A stretch of DNA of 64,000 nt from Amoebidium appalachense (GCA_963693365.1 CAVNZM010000003.1:3047106-3111105); one strand, 5' to 3'; shown: positions 32,854 through 46,994, counted from the first letter of the stretch. Numbers and translations: made by a program. The notes: generated by a model not told the origin, from the letters alone.

Positions 32854-35513
32854 CTATGGGATGACGGCAGGTGGCGGGTCCAGGATGAAGTCCTCGGAGC
32901 TGTACGAGCGTCTGATTGGCTGGCTGCACGGGGCCACGGTGCTGAGGGCATCCAGGCTGTGGGCCCTCTCGACCGTCAGCAGGGGCAGGGCCTGGCCCGT
33001 ATTGCACGCCGCAGCAACCCCACACGTGCGCAGCGCAAAGTAGTGAGCTGCATACTCAGCTGCGCTCACACTGACGCTGTAGCGCAGGAGACCTAGGACA
33101 ATGCGCTCCAGCTGGTTCAGACTGGCCACCCCTACGTTGGGCAGCACCGTGCAGAAGTCTGCATTCCACACGGCCTAATAGACCCCCCCCCCCCCCCTGT
33201 TAGCGCTATGCATTCCATACGGCCTAATAGACCCCCCCCCCCCAGATAGTGCTATGCATTCCATACGGCCTAATAGACCCCCCTGTTAGTGCAATGCATT
33301 CCACACGGCCTAATAGACCCCCCTGTTAGTGCTATGCATTCCACACGGCCTAATAGACCCCCCTGTTAGTGCTATGCATTCCATACAGCCTAAGAGACCC
33401 CCCCGATAGTGCTATGCATTCCATACGGCCCAATAGACCCCCCCTGTTAGTGCTATGCATTCCACACGGCCTAATAGACCCCCCTGTTAGTGCTATGCAT
33501 TCCACACGACCTAAAGACACCCCTGTTAGTGCTATGCACTCCACACGGCCTAGTAGACCCCCCTGTTAGTGCTATGCATTCCATACGGCCTAATAGACCC
33601 CCCTGTTAATGCTATGCATTCCACACGGCCTAATGGACCCCCCAGTTAGTGCTATGCATTCCACACGGCCTAATAGACCCCCCTGTTAGTGCTATGCATT
33701 CCATACGGCCTAATAGACCCCCCCAATAGTGCTATGCATTCCATACGGCCTAAAAGACCCCCCTGTTAGTGCTATGCATTCCACACGGCTAATAGACCCC
33801 TCTGTTAGTGCTATGCATTCCACACGGCCTAATAGACCCCCCTGTTAGTGCTATGCATTCCATACAGCCTAATAGACCCATCCCCCCTGTTAGTGCTATG
33901 CATTCCATACGGCCTAATAGACCCCCCTGTTAGTGCTATGCATTCCATACGGCCCAGACCCCGCCCTGCCAGTAAGTAACCCCCCCCCCCCCCTCCCCCT
34001 CTGACAAACCAACCAACCACAACCACCCCTGACACACAATAACACGAACATATCCCCATACACACCACACACACCACTCACCTGGTCATCCCAGACCTTT
34101 GATGCCAGCATGGTTGCCCCCAGCAGCAGTCGCTTCCAGTTACCCGGCTGCAGCCTGACCCCTGCCCCGTGCAGGCGGCCCACATAAACCAGCCCCACGA
34201 TGGCCACCTCGGCCCCCAGCACTGCCGCCGTGAAGAAGGCCCGCAGGAAGTCGTGCATCTCGCTGGCTGCAGGCACCAAAACCCGGTAGTTGGCCGGTAG
34301 ACCCTGGCCCTGCCCCAGGCAGTTAGCCCCAGCCCATGGCCCCTTGGCTGCCACCTACCTTACCCTCTGAAGCGGACAGGAGCGGCCATGGGGTGGAGGT
34401 GGGGAGGGGGGGGAACAGTGTATGTGTATGTGTGGGGGATTATGGGGGGGGGGAGGGGGGGAGGGGGGAAGGAGGGATACTGACGGTGAGGGGATGCAGT
34501 TGCTCGTCGAATATGGGGTCGTAGTCGGGCAGTGAGCCCTCTTTCATGGTCTGCTGCAGCACACTGTGCAGCGCCACAGCAGCACTGTGCCCACAGTCAG
34601 CAAGCGCACACTCCCTATATGCCCCTTGTTTGCATACACATAAGGACCTGGCCTACCCTCCTAACCCGCCAAACCCCTGCACGTGCCCACACAGACCTGT
34701 GCACAGGCACACCACACCTTATAGCCCACACATGACAGTCAAGTGTTTTCTGCTCTCTCCTCCCTCCACCACTGGTAGCTAAATCCCTATCCACTCGTCG
34801 TCCCCACTTGACTTTCCAAGGCCCCAGGCCTCCCCCCCCCCCCCCCCCCCAAACCATTATTTTAAAAAACGCAATAAATAAAAGTAACGTGCAAACCTAC
34901 TCGCTCACCAGCGCAGGGTGTGGTCCAGGTCTGGCCTGCTGACGGTCTGATCGACAAACAGGGTGGCACACGAGTTTGACTGCACGCCTGGCCCCTTGAG
35001 CCGCCCAGCCAGCGACCCAGCCAGCGACCGACGTGGCAGCAGTGCCCCCAGCAGCCCGTCCGACCCAGCAGCCCTCAAGCCCTGCCGCCTGCTGTCCCTC
35101 CTGCCCAGCTCCTGCGCCACCCTGGACGCCTCCCCTCCCAGGGCCCCTGCCCCGTAAAAGGGCTCTGAGTGGCGGCGCTGGGGCATTGTGGCCCAGTCGC
35201 TGATGTGCTGCAGCACACTGCCTATCAGCACACCGGCCTTGCGCCTCACAGCCTGCTGCTGCAGCCGCAGCGCCGTCTGATTGGCTGTGGCCTCGGGGAG
35301 GCTGGCAGGCAGGCTGTGCTCAGGCAGGGTGTGCTGTGTGGCCGGGCTGGGGGTGGCCTCGTCCAGCCACGCACGCTTGCCTGCTGGCCGCTGGGCTGCA
35401 GCCGGCGGGGACGGGTACAGGTGTGGGGGGGTAGGGGCCTGACGGGAGGGACTGGCGGGCCAAGACGCTCTGGCCCTGTCGGCCTCCGGGCCGGTAGACG
35501 CAGCCTGGCCCAT
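32854..35513 (-). CDS. CCNY: Cyclin Y-like protein
   Basis: MGQAAS (myristoylation-like start), SNSCATLFVDQTVSRPDLDHTLRC, IFDEQLHPL, NWKRLLLGATMLASKVWDDQ/AVWNADFC, LERIVLGLLRYSVSV and C-terminal RRSYSSED...PAVIP*. These are cyclin Y signatures. Confidence 0.92.
33161..33962 (-). repeat. 40-bp tandem array (~20 copies) of branch point + 3' splice site + first 14 nt of the exon
   Basis: Sense-strand unit GCCGTRTGGAATGCATAGCACTAACAGGGGGTCTATTAG. The last unit is the true acceptor, with the exon starting at 33174. Confidence 0.95.
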
Positions 35514-36294
35514 GGCTGGCTGCCTGGTGGCCCGCTAGCCACGGCTAGGAGCAGTGCTCATCGCCGATTCTGCACCGTGCCAGCCGGCAGCCGAGCAGGG
35601 TGCTGCATGGACGGTGGCCAGTCCTGGGGGTGGTGCGCGTTGTGTCTAATATCAGGCAATAATATGACTGTTTGCCCTTCTTCTTGTACGTGTGTGTGCC
35701 CTTTTGCTCCCCAATTGACCTGTGTCTTTCTGGGCTCTGTCTGTGTGGCGCAGGTGTCTGTACATGTCTTCAGCACATAGCCACGGTACTGGGACCAACG
35801 AGTCAAAGCATGCCATGATGATGCAAGATGCAAGTGGTCGTGATCATGACTCAGATCTAGGGGGCCTGAGCCACGGCTGCCAGCGGAGCCAATGGCCTTT
35901 CGCCCAGCGCTAGGGGGATTGCTGCTGGGGTCTACCGGGCCGCCCAACCGGGACCGCCGAACAGCGACCGTGCGGCGCCAAACTTATAAGTCGCGGGTGC
36001 CTCTCATTCAGTAGGCCCTTGTGGGCACTGCAAGACACCACACTACCAACTCTACGTCTATGCGCGCATATCACCAGCTGCAGTTCGAGTTTACCGTCGC
36101 CATTCTCCACACACCCACGTATAGCCATAGGAGTTACCGCTAGGTCTTATGTTGTTTCTGTGACGTGCACAGCCTCGCCTACTAATATTAGTTGTCTTCA
36201 TTCACTCTGCTAGCCGACACAGCCAACCACCAGCCCACCGCACGCCGCTGGCCTCTGTGCCTGTGCCTGGCGCCTACCTTCCACCCAGTCCACC

Positions 36295-37176
36295 ATGTCC
36301 GTTGCTGCCGTTGTTTCGGACCAGGCCAAGGCCCCATCGGCTGCCCCCCAGCAGGGCCTGCCGGAGGGGTCGTCGGGGTCGCACACAGCAGACTATACGG
36401 CCGACCTGCACACGTTCAGCAGGCGCGAGCTGTGCGTGCTCAAGAGCTACCACGAGCCCTTTGGCATGCGCCTGCTGCGCGCCTGCGGGGGGCTGTACGT
36501 GGGCAAGGTGTGGAAGTTCACCATGGACGGCCGTATGTCTCCGGCCTACCGCGCGGGGCTCAAGTTTGGGGACCGGCTAAGTGTGTTCAACGGGCTGCCG
36601 CTGGACGGGCGCACCAGTGCAGACCGGGCCGAGCAGCTAGCCGACGGGGCAGGCGACTGCACGCTGGAGGTCGACGAGACACCCCTCTACCACCACACAA
36701 CCCTGGCTGCCTGCTGCCTGGCACGCACGGGCCTGCACCTGCACCAGGGCATAGTGGCCTGGGTCGACCCGAACTCGCCTGCGGGCCGGGCAGGGCTTGA
36801 GTACGGGGAGGTGCTTGTGCAGGTGGGCGAGCACAGCACGCTGGGCATGGACCAGGCCCAGCTGGAGACACTGCTGGACAGGGCCCTCAGGCAGGCCCAC
36901 GCGGTGGGGGGCCAGGTCTATGTGGCGGCAGTGCGCAAGTTCCAGGCACAGCAGCTGGCCGACGGCTGCCGGGCGCTGCTGCAGGACATGGGCCGCACAC
37001 ACACGGCCGTGCACGAGTTTGTCGACCAGACGCTGGCCCTGGACCACGGCCACACATATGGGCCCCTTCCCACCAGCCACGTGCCCCAGGTGCACGTGAC
37101 AAGGCACAGCACCCCCCACCACCAGAGGGTCACAGGCAGGCGCAGTCTGTCGCTGGGCCAGTGGGCCTCCTCGTAG
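36295..37176 (+). CDS. Syntenin-like tandem PDZ protein, intronless CDS
   Basis: 293-aa ORF with CCACCATG context. Two PDZ domains (FGMRL...SPAYRAGLKFGDRLSVFNG; TGLHLHQGIVAWVDPNSPAGRAGL) are joined by a very short linker, as in syntenin. Confidence 0.85.
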   Translation: MSVAAVVSDQAKAPSAAPQQGLPEGSSGSHTADYTADLHTFSRRELCVLKSYHEPFGMRLLRACGGLYVGKVWKFTMDGRMSPAYRAGLKFGDRLSVFNGLPLDGRTSADRAEQLADGAGDCTLEVDETPLYHHTTLAACCLARTGLHLHQGIVAWVDPNSPAGRAGLEYGEVLVQVGEHSTLGMDQAQLETLLDRALRQAHAVGGQVYVAAVRKFQAQQLADGCRALLQDMGRTHTAVHEFVDQTLALDHGHTYGPLPTSHVPQVHVTRHSTPHHQRVTGRRSLSLGQWASS

Positions 37177-37191
37177 GTTTTTTTTTTTTTT

Positions 37192-37222
<31 letters not shown>

Positions 37223-38222
37223 GGGGGGGAGGGAGGGAGGGAGGGAGGGGGGAAGGCAAAAACAGAGCTGGACAGAATCGAATGTGTGTGCTGAAAAAAT
37301 AGGGCAAGAACGTAAGGAGGTGTATTGGAGTTTGTATATGCCGGCCCTGCAAGTGCGCGTATGATTATGTATTGTGGACTGTGTGTGGATATATTGCAAT
37401 TGTGTGTGGATATATTTCTGGTATGTGTGGATAATGCTATCTCCTCTAATCACGAAGTGCTTTTCCAGGTGGATATGTCATAGGGTATGTGCGGATAGCG
37501 CTATTTGGATATATTGTGCATAGCAGCAGGTGTGTGTAAATGGATATGGCATGGGTGTGTGGTGAATCTACTGGCGCCATAAACCGTGAAGTATAGTGTT
37601 GTTGGGCAGATTGAAGGCCGTATGTGTGTGGGTGGATAAATTGACATGCCGTAGACTTGTGTGGGCATGAAAGGTATGGTAGGGCATGTGGGTGTGTGGA
37701 TTTTTGGGACGTTGAATATACCAGTTATAGGTATACCTACATCTGGGTGGGTGGGTAGCCAGCTACATTGCTGTGTGGTTGAATGAATTTTCTGGATTTA
37801 TTTCATAGCAAGGTCTGTGTGACGGTAGACGCTGTTGATTTTTACGCGATTAGCTGTGTGTCTAATATTGAATTTTAATATCTAACATCATTAGTACGGC
37901 TATTCCCGAGCTGTGCTGGGAAGGCCTGACCATGGTGAAGGGTGTTGTGCTCGGCAGGAAATGCTCACCGTATGTCTAAATTTGATTTGTGTATTCAATC
38001 AGTTAGCTTTGGCAGCGACCCCCATTTATAGTAGAGCACCCCTGAAATGTAGCTGTCGAATGGTCCACTATTTGGCCAGGCCGCCCAGGGAAGAGAGGCC
38101 TAGGGGGGGGGGGGGGGGGGGGGGGGGCTGGGCTTGCTTGAATCGTCAACCCCTTTCCCCACCAAGGTTTCGGTGCTGGTCCTTCTTCTCGCCACAAGCC
38201 TTCCCCCCTTCCTTCCCTCCCT

Positions 38223-38262
<40 letters not shown>

Positions 38263-38940
38263 ACCGACCACCACCACCACCACCAAAATCGCCGGGAAGC
38301 CCACCTGCGTACTGGCCCATTTCTCCAAGTACACGTAGGCACAGGTTAGGGTCAATTTTTTTTATGATGGTGGGGGGGGGCGTTCACGTCTCGGATATAT
38401 ACTATGATGCATATGTGCAAGAACCATGATGAGGGCCGTCAAGCTTAAGCAGGATCCCGAAAGAACATTTTAATGCCCGAGGATGACGTGTACAGCTAGA
38501 GGTGTTGGCCAGTCTTCTCGGGCCGCCGTGTTTGTGTGCCTTTCCTGCCCTTCCTTTCAAGCTCTGCCTTTCTGATTTTCGGTGGGATGGGTGGGTGGTG
38601 TAGCCATGCAGGTGGTGGTGGCCATGGCGCGAAAGAGTATTTCATGATCATGGCGGGAGGGGGGGGGGGGGGGGGGGGGGGTTATAAAATTAGAAAGTAT
38701 AGAAAATACAAAACACAGGAGAGCTCTACGCACTATTAACGTGCCCTCCACCCTCACCATTATGATTTATGTAGGCAAGTTCGGTCAACATATATAACAC
38801 TATGTTAAACGCTTACGTGTACATGATCTGTATCGATACATCGCATCACCAGTGCTGTGTGCACGTAGCAATATGGTGTGGCCATGTGCACGTAGCAATA
38901 TGGTGTGGTCATGTGCACGTGATGCCCAGCACGGCTACCT

Positions 38941-39280
38941 GCACAAATGGATGAGGTATATCCCCTTGGCCACCTCCTGCTGCCACCTCCTGTATACCTC
39001 CCATCACCCCCAGAACGGAAGGGGGGGGGGGGGGGGGGGGGGACTGGGCAGAAAACGTCAAGTGACCAGGCTACACTAGCACCTAGTATTCACAAAGCAG
39101 AGCCCGCACATATGGATGAGGTATATCCCCCTGGCCACCTCCTGCTGCCACTTCCTGTATACCTCCCATCACCCCCAGAACGGAAGGGGGGAGGGGAGGG
39201 TAGGGGGGGGGGGGGGGGGAACGGGGCGGAAAACGTCAACTGACCAGGCTACACTAGCACCTAGTACTTACAAAGCAGAG
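38941..39280. repeat. ~165-bp intergenic direct duplication
   Basis: ATGGATGAGGTATATCCCC...CAAAGCAGAG occurs at 38947 and 39112. Confidence 0.88.
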
Positions 39281-39703
39281 GAAGGAATTCCATCGTTGGC
39301 ACAAACTCCTTTTCAACGACTGCAAGCTCTAAGATCAGCTGCCACAAGTTGGTCTGGGTTCGTGAACCTAACTCGAGTCACAGTTCTGTGGAGGGATATA
39401 CATGGCCGCCTATTAATAGGTGGGCTACAAGCACATGTATATGCAGCCATGGACATATACATCACACTGGTGACGGTGTTGGCCCAGGCATGTGCCGCTA
39501 TTAATGGCACACATATGTATAGGCACAGCCATTAATAGCAAACACATGTGCTGGCACAGCTATTCATAGAGCAGACATCTGCTAGCACCACTACTAACAG
39601 CTCCTACCAACATCATATGCATGTGCTGGCCCAGCTACTCATAACCTGTGCTATTGATAGCGCATACATGTGCCGGCACAGCTATATATAGTGCCGTGTG
39701 CCG

Positions 39704-40080
39704 CTACTGCTGGGGCTTTTTCAGCAGGAAGGCCTTGAAGTCCTTATTGCTCAGCCCCGTGGCCCCCTGCATGCATGGCCCATGTGTCAGCCACGTGCAC
39801 CCTGCTCCCCATGTGTCCCTCTTGCTCATTGTGCTCCCCCCCTACCGCCAGCTCTGGCAAACCAGCCAGGCCACACCAAAACCCTCATACTCCCCCCCCC
39901 ATGCCCAGGAGCAAGCCCAACAACTGCACCATGGCCTGTGCCCACATCCCGTGTCTGCATCACCCACTCCAAAGAAAACACACAAACGAGACACCCACAA
40001 ACACACCCACACCCACACACTTACACACACACATCGCATGCACACCCACACACACGTGGGCGCGCGCACACACACGCACA

Positions 40081-40113
<33 letters not shown>

Positions 40114-40601
40114 GTGCACTAAAATGACAGGGGACCTACACGTCTTCCAAGACTTGCCGTAGCCACATCCCCTCCCCCCCCCCTCCCCCCCCCCTTCTCC
40201 CAACACACACACACCAACACCACCCACCCATCCGCCCGCCCGCCCCACCCTTCACCCCGCCACAAAACCCCCGTAGAATCCCTGCATCCAGCATGGCCCA
40301 GTACAGCACCCACCCCTTACGCACCTGTGGTGGTGCCTTTTCCTTTTCCTGCTGCTGTGTCTGGGCCTCAGCACTGGGCTTTGGCCTTGTAGCCAGCATG
40401 GGCTTAGGCGTGGCATGGGGCCTGACCGTACGGGGCATCATGCTGGTGGTGCTGCGCTGCATACCCTGTGCCCCTGAGGCCTTGCCTGCCCCTGCTGATG
40501 GGGGGGCAACGGTGGCTGCTGCTGCTGGCACTGTGTCTGTCGGTGCACTCTGTAGCCCCATGTTAGGTGGTGCCCTGGGTCGGATATGCCAAGGGGGGGG
40601 T

Positions 40602-40687
<86 letters not shown>

Positions 40688-41139
40688 CACCGACCTGTTG
40701 TGCAGCCAGGCGGGCCTTGGGGTTGCTGACGGCCACCTTGAGGGGTTGGTCTGCTAGCTCCATGCCGTCCACTGCCAGGGCCTTGCGTGCTGCTGCCTGC
40801 AAACACACAGTCACATGTGGACCCAGGCAGGCACACTTTGCGCATGGGTGCACACACACAGCAACACACCCAGGCCCAGAAACACAACCACACAGCCCCA
40901 CCCAGGACACACAGCACACACCTCGTCCTCGAACTCGACGTAGCAGAAGCCCCTCTGCTGGCCCTTCTTGGACGTGCCCATGCGCACCTGCCGCAGTGCC
41001 CCGTACTGCTCCGGCCCTGATCAGCACCCCCCTCTCTGTTCTAGTGCTCCACTCCCGAAAATCTACCCCTCCCCTTCCCCCCCCCCCTCCCCCCACACCC
41101 CCCCATGAACACATGGATGCACGAGGGACCACGCACCAG

Positions 41140-41183
<44 letters not shown>

Positions 41184-41504
41184 ACATACACACGCACGCG
41201 CGCACACACACACGCACACCCTCGCGCACGCACACGCACACACGTCAGCGACAAGCAATTATGTTGACACGCATGCGCACACACAAACATACAGCAACAG
41301 GCACACACACAGGCACCTACACCCATACGCACACACAGACACAGCACACAGGCACAACACAGAGGCACATACACGATCAAACACAGGCACACAACCACAT
41401 ACACACACACCCACACCCACCCACCCCCACCCCCCACCCCCAACCCCACCCATGCACGCACACACGCACGCGCACACGCACGCACGCACGCACACATGCA
41501 CACA

Positions 41505-41568
<64 letters not shown>

Positions 41569-41644
41569 CCCACCGGTTTGAACAGGTTCTCCACCTGTTC
41601 CTTCGTGTAGTCTTTAGGCAGGCCCTGTGTCTCCCCAGTCAGTA

Positions 41645-41676
<32 letters not shown>

Positions 41677-42866
41677 CCCTTTCCCCTCCACGTACAGCCA
41701 CAAACAATGTGCTTGGGTCCTCGCCAATAGGGAAGTGAGTCCTCTTTTCCGCCTGCTCCTGGCACCTATCGATGAACATGGGTCGGTCTCCCATCAGCGT
41801 GCGGTCTAGTGCCACCGCTGCTTCCACAGGTTCCTGCCAGCCACCAGTCAGCAAAAACACACACAATCACACCAATTAAAATGCTAGATGTGATATACCC
41901 CCAATCCAATGCCACCCGTCATATTAACAACCACTCAATGCCCAATAATAACGGTATAAAACACAGCTGGCAAACACACAGACAACTGCATGTGTGCCCA
42001 GACACACCACGTGCTCACACAGGTCCTACATAACCACACATCAGGCAGGCACGCAGGCATGCATGCAGCGGGCATGGGGGGTGTACCGGGGTTGCAAATT
42101 CGACGTAAGCGTAGCCCTTGGACCTGCCCTGTGCACTGCGCACCAGCCGCACCTCCTTGACCTCCCCAACCTGCACCAGACGTCAGCATGTGCCCTCTCA
42201 GGTGCACGTGTGGCTGCCAGCGCAGGCACCTTTGAGAAGAATGCCGCCAGCTCGTCCTCGGTGACGGCATACAGCAGGTTCTTGACGAACACCGTGCATG
42301 CCTGGTTCTCCTCCCTGCAAAGGATCATGTCAGCACACACACCTCAAGCCCTGCAACCCACCACAGCATTTAAGCATACACACCTCCCCCTTTCCCCTCA
42401 ATCACAGGCATTTGAGCACACACTCACCTCCCCTCCCCCCCCTGCCCACTACCACATTTCCGAGCACACACCTCACCCCCTGCCCATCCCATCCCACAAG
42501 CCACCCCCACCCCCCTAGCCGACCTACGTGCGCGGTGCTGGTGGCTGGGCCACGACCTCCTCCTTGTGTTCCTTGTGTGCTGCTGACCACCCAGTCAGCC
42601 ATCCTGCCTCACAGACAACTCCCCCTCCCCCCACCCCCCACCCTCCCCACCTTCCCCCCCTTACCCTTGTGGCGCTTGTTGGTGTGACCCTGCCCCTGTG
42701 TGTCGTCACTAGGTCTCTTTCTATCTGCTGTGGTCTTTTCCTTCTTGGCCTGTGCCTTCTCGGCCCTTCTCTGCTGCCTCTCTTCCAGCACCTTCTGCTG
42801 CCGTTCGGCCTCCTTGGTTGCTGCCTGTATGCAGATTAGCAAAATATCACAGCCCTTTGCTAGATA

Positions 42867-42899
<33 letters not shown>

Positions 42900-43137
42900 A
42901 CCCGTCCCCCCCTCCCTTCCTCCCCGCAAAACCTCCCACACGCATCCCTACCCCCCCGTCGTAGAGTGCGCTCCGACCCAAACCCACCCAACAGGGCCAG
43001 CAGGCAACACAGCAACACGCTGGATAGCTGCTGCCACCCACATGCCTGCCCTGTTGCTGCACACCCAGCACACAAAGACACACCCCGCCATAATCACACA
43101 CACATCTAAGCCACCAAGCGACCCTACCCACATGCAG

Positions 43138-43180
<43 letters not shown>

Positions 43181-44519
43181 TTCCTTCCTTCCCCCCTGCA
43201 CGAACACACCCAAAAAAAAAAAAAAAAAAAAAAAAAGGAAAGGCCTACCTGGTTGCGCCTATCCTGCATCAGCTTCCTGTGGCTTGCCGTTCGTTTGCAT
43301 GCCTGTGTGTACGATGCCAGGGTGCCGCACTCCCTCTCCCACAGCAGCCAGCCCTCCACCACGGTCTCGGCCCACTCCCCAAGCACCTGCACGGCCTTGC
43401 GGTACAGACCACGCACACGCTCAGCATCCCCCTGGTGCCTGCACACACCAAGTGTCAGTTAGTCTAATGGCCACATGGCCACGTGCCCTCCGCCATGCAC
43501 CAAAAACGGATCATGCTGCTCTACACCCACGCCAATAATAGACCATGCCGATCTATCCCTATACAACAAAACCAAAAAATGCCCACCTTCCTGGCACAAC
43601 AATAACAGAACATGATACTCTAACCCCAAAGAACATGCCGATCTACCCCCCCACAATAGAACAAAACATGCCGGTCTATCCTACACAGCAAGAACAGAAC
43701 AGGCCGATCTACCCTTAAAATGAAACAAAACACGTTAATCTACCCCCCCACAGTAAAAACAAAAAACACCGATATACCTGCCACAACAAAACAGAACATT
43801 CCGATCTACACTTCTTGACAGAAACAGAACGTGCCGATCTACCCTTCTTGACAGAAATAGAACGTGCCGATCTACCCTTCCTGACAAAAGCAGAACATGC
43901 CGATCTAAAGTCCATAACAAAGAACATGCCGATCAAGCCGTCAACTACCCCCACCCCAGAGCAGAGCATGCTGCTCTACCCCTTACTTCTCCATGTCGAT
44001 GTAAGCCAGCCACAGTGCCGGGTTCTTGCCCTGTGTCCGCACACAGCTGTCCCAGGCCTCCCGGGCAAGATCCACCCTCTTCAGGCACCACAGCTGCAGT
44101 GCCACAAGGTGAGCAACACTCCCCCCCCCCCCCCCCCCCCCCCCCATCCCCACCCCTCTCCCCTCCCCTGGGCCAGGACGCACCTCGACCCTTGCACGGT
44201 ACTGCAGCAGGGTGCAGTATGGGTCAAAGGTATCCCCAAAATCTGCAGAACCAGCCACAGTCAGTCCAAATATGCGGCCTGTGCCTGTATGTGCATCCCA
44301 ACAGGCCAAGACATACCACCAGGCCAATGTATCACTAAACTGGGCCGGCATCGATAGGTAGGCACACACATGGTCAAGCACACAGCGCAATACGTACACC
44401 ACCCATTGGCAGTCGCGCGCACACACCCATAGACACGCCCGCCCGCCCGCCCGCCCGCCCGCCCGCCCGCACGTACACACACACACACACAAACACAGCA
44501 CACACGCGCGCACGCACAC

Positions 44520-44561
<42 letters not shown>

Positions 44562-44854
44562 CCATCCACTCACGTACAGTGGTGCAGGTAGTCCTGTGCC
44601 TTCTTAAATGTGACCCTCAGCTCCTGTGCTGCCTCCTGTAATGCCTCCCCCTCTGCATGCACGTAGTCAGCACCCACCTCCCCCCCCCCGACGTGCACCC
44701 CCCCCCTGCACGCACCCAGGGCCCAGTCGACCCTCCTCCTCTGGTAGTCGATGTATGCCGTCCACAGCTGCACATAGTCGTCTGCCCCCCCCAAAACCCG
44801 CAACCAGCCCGGCCTGGAACACCCCTGCCACACAGTCAGTACTTGGAACACACA

Positions 44855-44894
<40 letters not shown>

Positions 44895-45870
44895 TGGGCC
44901 CACCTTCGATGCCCACGCGGTCTTTGCCTGCAACCTCCTGCAAAAATAGTGTCAGTTCGTGAACCCTGGTGTCCCCCGCCCCCCTCTCCCCCACCACCTC
45001 ACATACACACACAGCAAAGATTCCAAAAGCCCGCACCATCTTTCTCCCTCCCATATCCAACTCCTGTCTGCCCCCCGTACACACACAACATGTGTCCACA
45101 CACCATGTACCCACACACCATGTGCCCAATACCTACTATGCATTCACACACAAACGGTGCCCCCCACTCACATATTGTACACCCACACACATACTATGCA
45201 CCCACCACATACTATGCACCCACCCCACATACCATGCACCCACAGGCACGCAGGCAGCCATCCACACACACACAGGCACATATCCACACGCACACAGGCA
45301 CATATCCACACGCACACAGGCATGCAGCCACGCACCATAGCCTGCAGGTAGGCCTGCCACAGGGCTGCCACCCAGGGGCAATTCCGGACAGCCCTGGCAT
45401 GGACCTCCAGCGTCAGAACACTGCCCGGCATCTTGTCGTCCTGATTTGCCATTCAGTACTGGGGCCCACCAGGCACATGTGGCATGCACATACAGCACAC
45501 AAATAGCAAGCACACACATGGCATACACATGGCATGCACACACATGGCACACATATGACATGCACACACATGGCACACACACGGCATGCACACACAGCAC
45601 ACAAACAGCAAGCACACACGTGGCATACACATATGCACACACATGGCATGACACACGTGGCATACACACACGTGGCATACACATGGCATGCACACACATG
45701 GCATACACATATGCACACAACACACAGCTCTCGTAAACTACCCCCACACACACCCCATTGCCACTCCCCGAAAGTGTTGGATAAAGAGACAACACATTAG
45801 CACCCGACTAGATTGAAGGGGGGACTAAGGAGGAGGGGGGGGAGGCCTGTGGTATGCATGGGTGTGTGTG

Positions 45871-45911
<41 letters not shown>

Positions 45912-46193
45912 TGTTAGTGTGTGTTAGTATGTGTGTGCATGTGTCTGTATGCGTGCGCATGTGTGTGTGCGCTATACACATGCCCTCACCCACCATGTAT
46001 TGTGCATAGCTGGCCCAGACCGTGGCATCCAGTGCATGTGCCGCCACAGCCCTCTCACACAGGGCCTGCACCCTGGCCGGGTCATCTCCGTGCTGCTGCT
46101 CGTGCTGCATGTAGGCAAGGTAGGCGGATGCTCCTCCCTCAGCCTGCAACCACGGTCAGATCACTCAAAGCGCTATGCATGGTATAGTATGTT

Positions 46194-46249
<56 letters not shown>

Positions 46250-46744
46250 CACACACCAATGCATCCTCCAGTGGCTGCAGGGCCTTGCATGCCTCTTGTG
46301 TCCTCTTGGCTGCCTTTTGCATGTCGGGCACATCGCTGTCTGGCCCATACTCGCCCACCCACTGCTCTAGCTGCTCAATCGTGCCCTGCAGCGCTGCAGC
46401 AACATGAGTCTGTAAGTGCACAGGTGGGCTTGCTCTCCTTTGCTTGCATCTTCTTTCTATCAAACCCCCCCCCCCCCCCCCCCCCCGTGTCCGCTCCTTC
46501 GTTTAGTATTCATATCCCCCTCCCCCTCCCTCCCCACCTTTTTTTCCTCGTTGATTTACTATCTTCACCCCCTCCCCCCCTCCCCCCATTCTCGTTTAAA
46601 CAACGTTTTTCCTTCCTTCCTTTTCCTTCTTCTTAGTCCCTATTCTGAGTTGTTTTTTCCTATTTTATTTTTACTTGTTTGTTTGTTTGTTTCATTCTAG
46701 GAGCCTTCTGTTTTGTTCTATTTTATATTCTCATTTTACTTATT

Positions 46745-46799
<55 letters not shown>

Positions 46800-46821
46800 T
46801 ATATATATATGTATATATGTA

Positions 46822-46870
<49 letters not shown>

Positions 46871-46952
46871 GGGGGGGGGGGGGTACTTACAGGCATGGGG
46901 CACGGCCAGCTGACGTTTGAACAGAGCAACAATGCGTTTCTTGGCTGCTGTG

Positions 46953-46994
<42 letters not shown>

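Noticed and set aside
33161-33962. CRISPR-like appearance of the 40-bp array (also the 45-bp and 26-bp arrays)
   Set aside because: The units are contiguous with no unique spacers, there are no cas genes, and the context is a eukaryotic intron.
37200-38900. tRNA, rRNA or endogenous viral genes in the AT-richer intergenic region
   Set aside because: No cloverleaf, rRNA motif or long intronless viral-type ORF was seen.
44785-44792. Apparent 1-nt frameshift in a SART3 exon ([13 protein letters not shown]|ADDYVQLW)
   Set aside because: It lies in a G8 homopolymer and G7 restores the conserved frame. A sequencing or assembly error is far more likely than pseudogenisation or programmed frameshifting.
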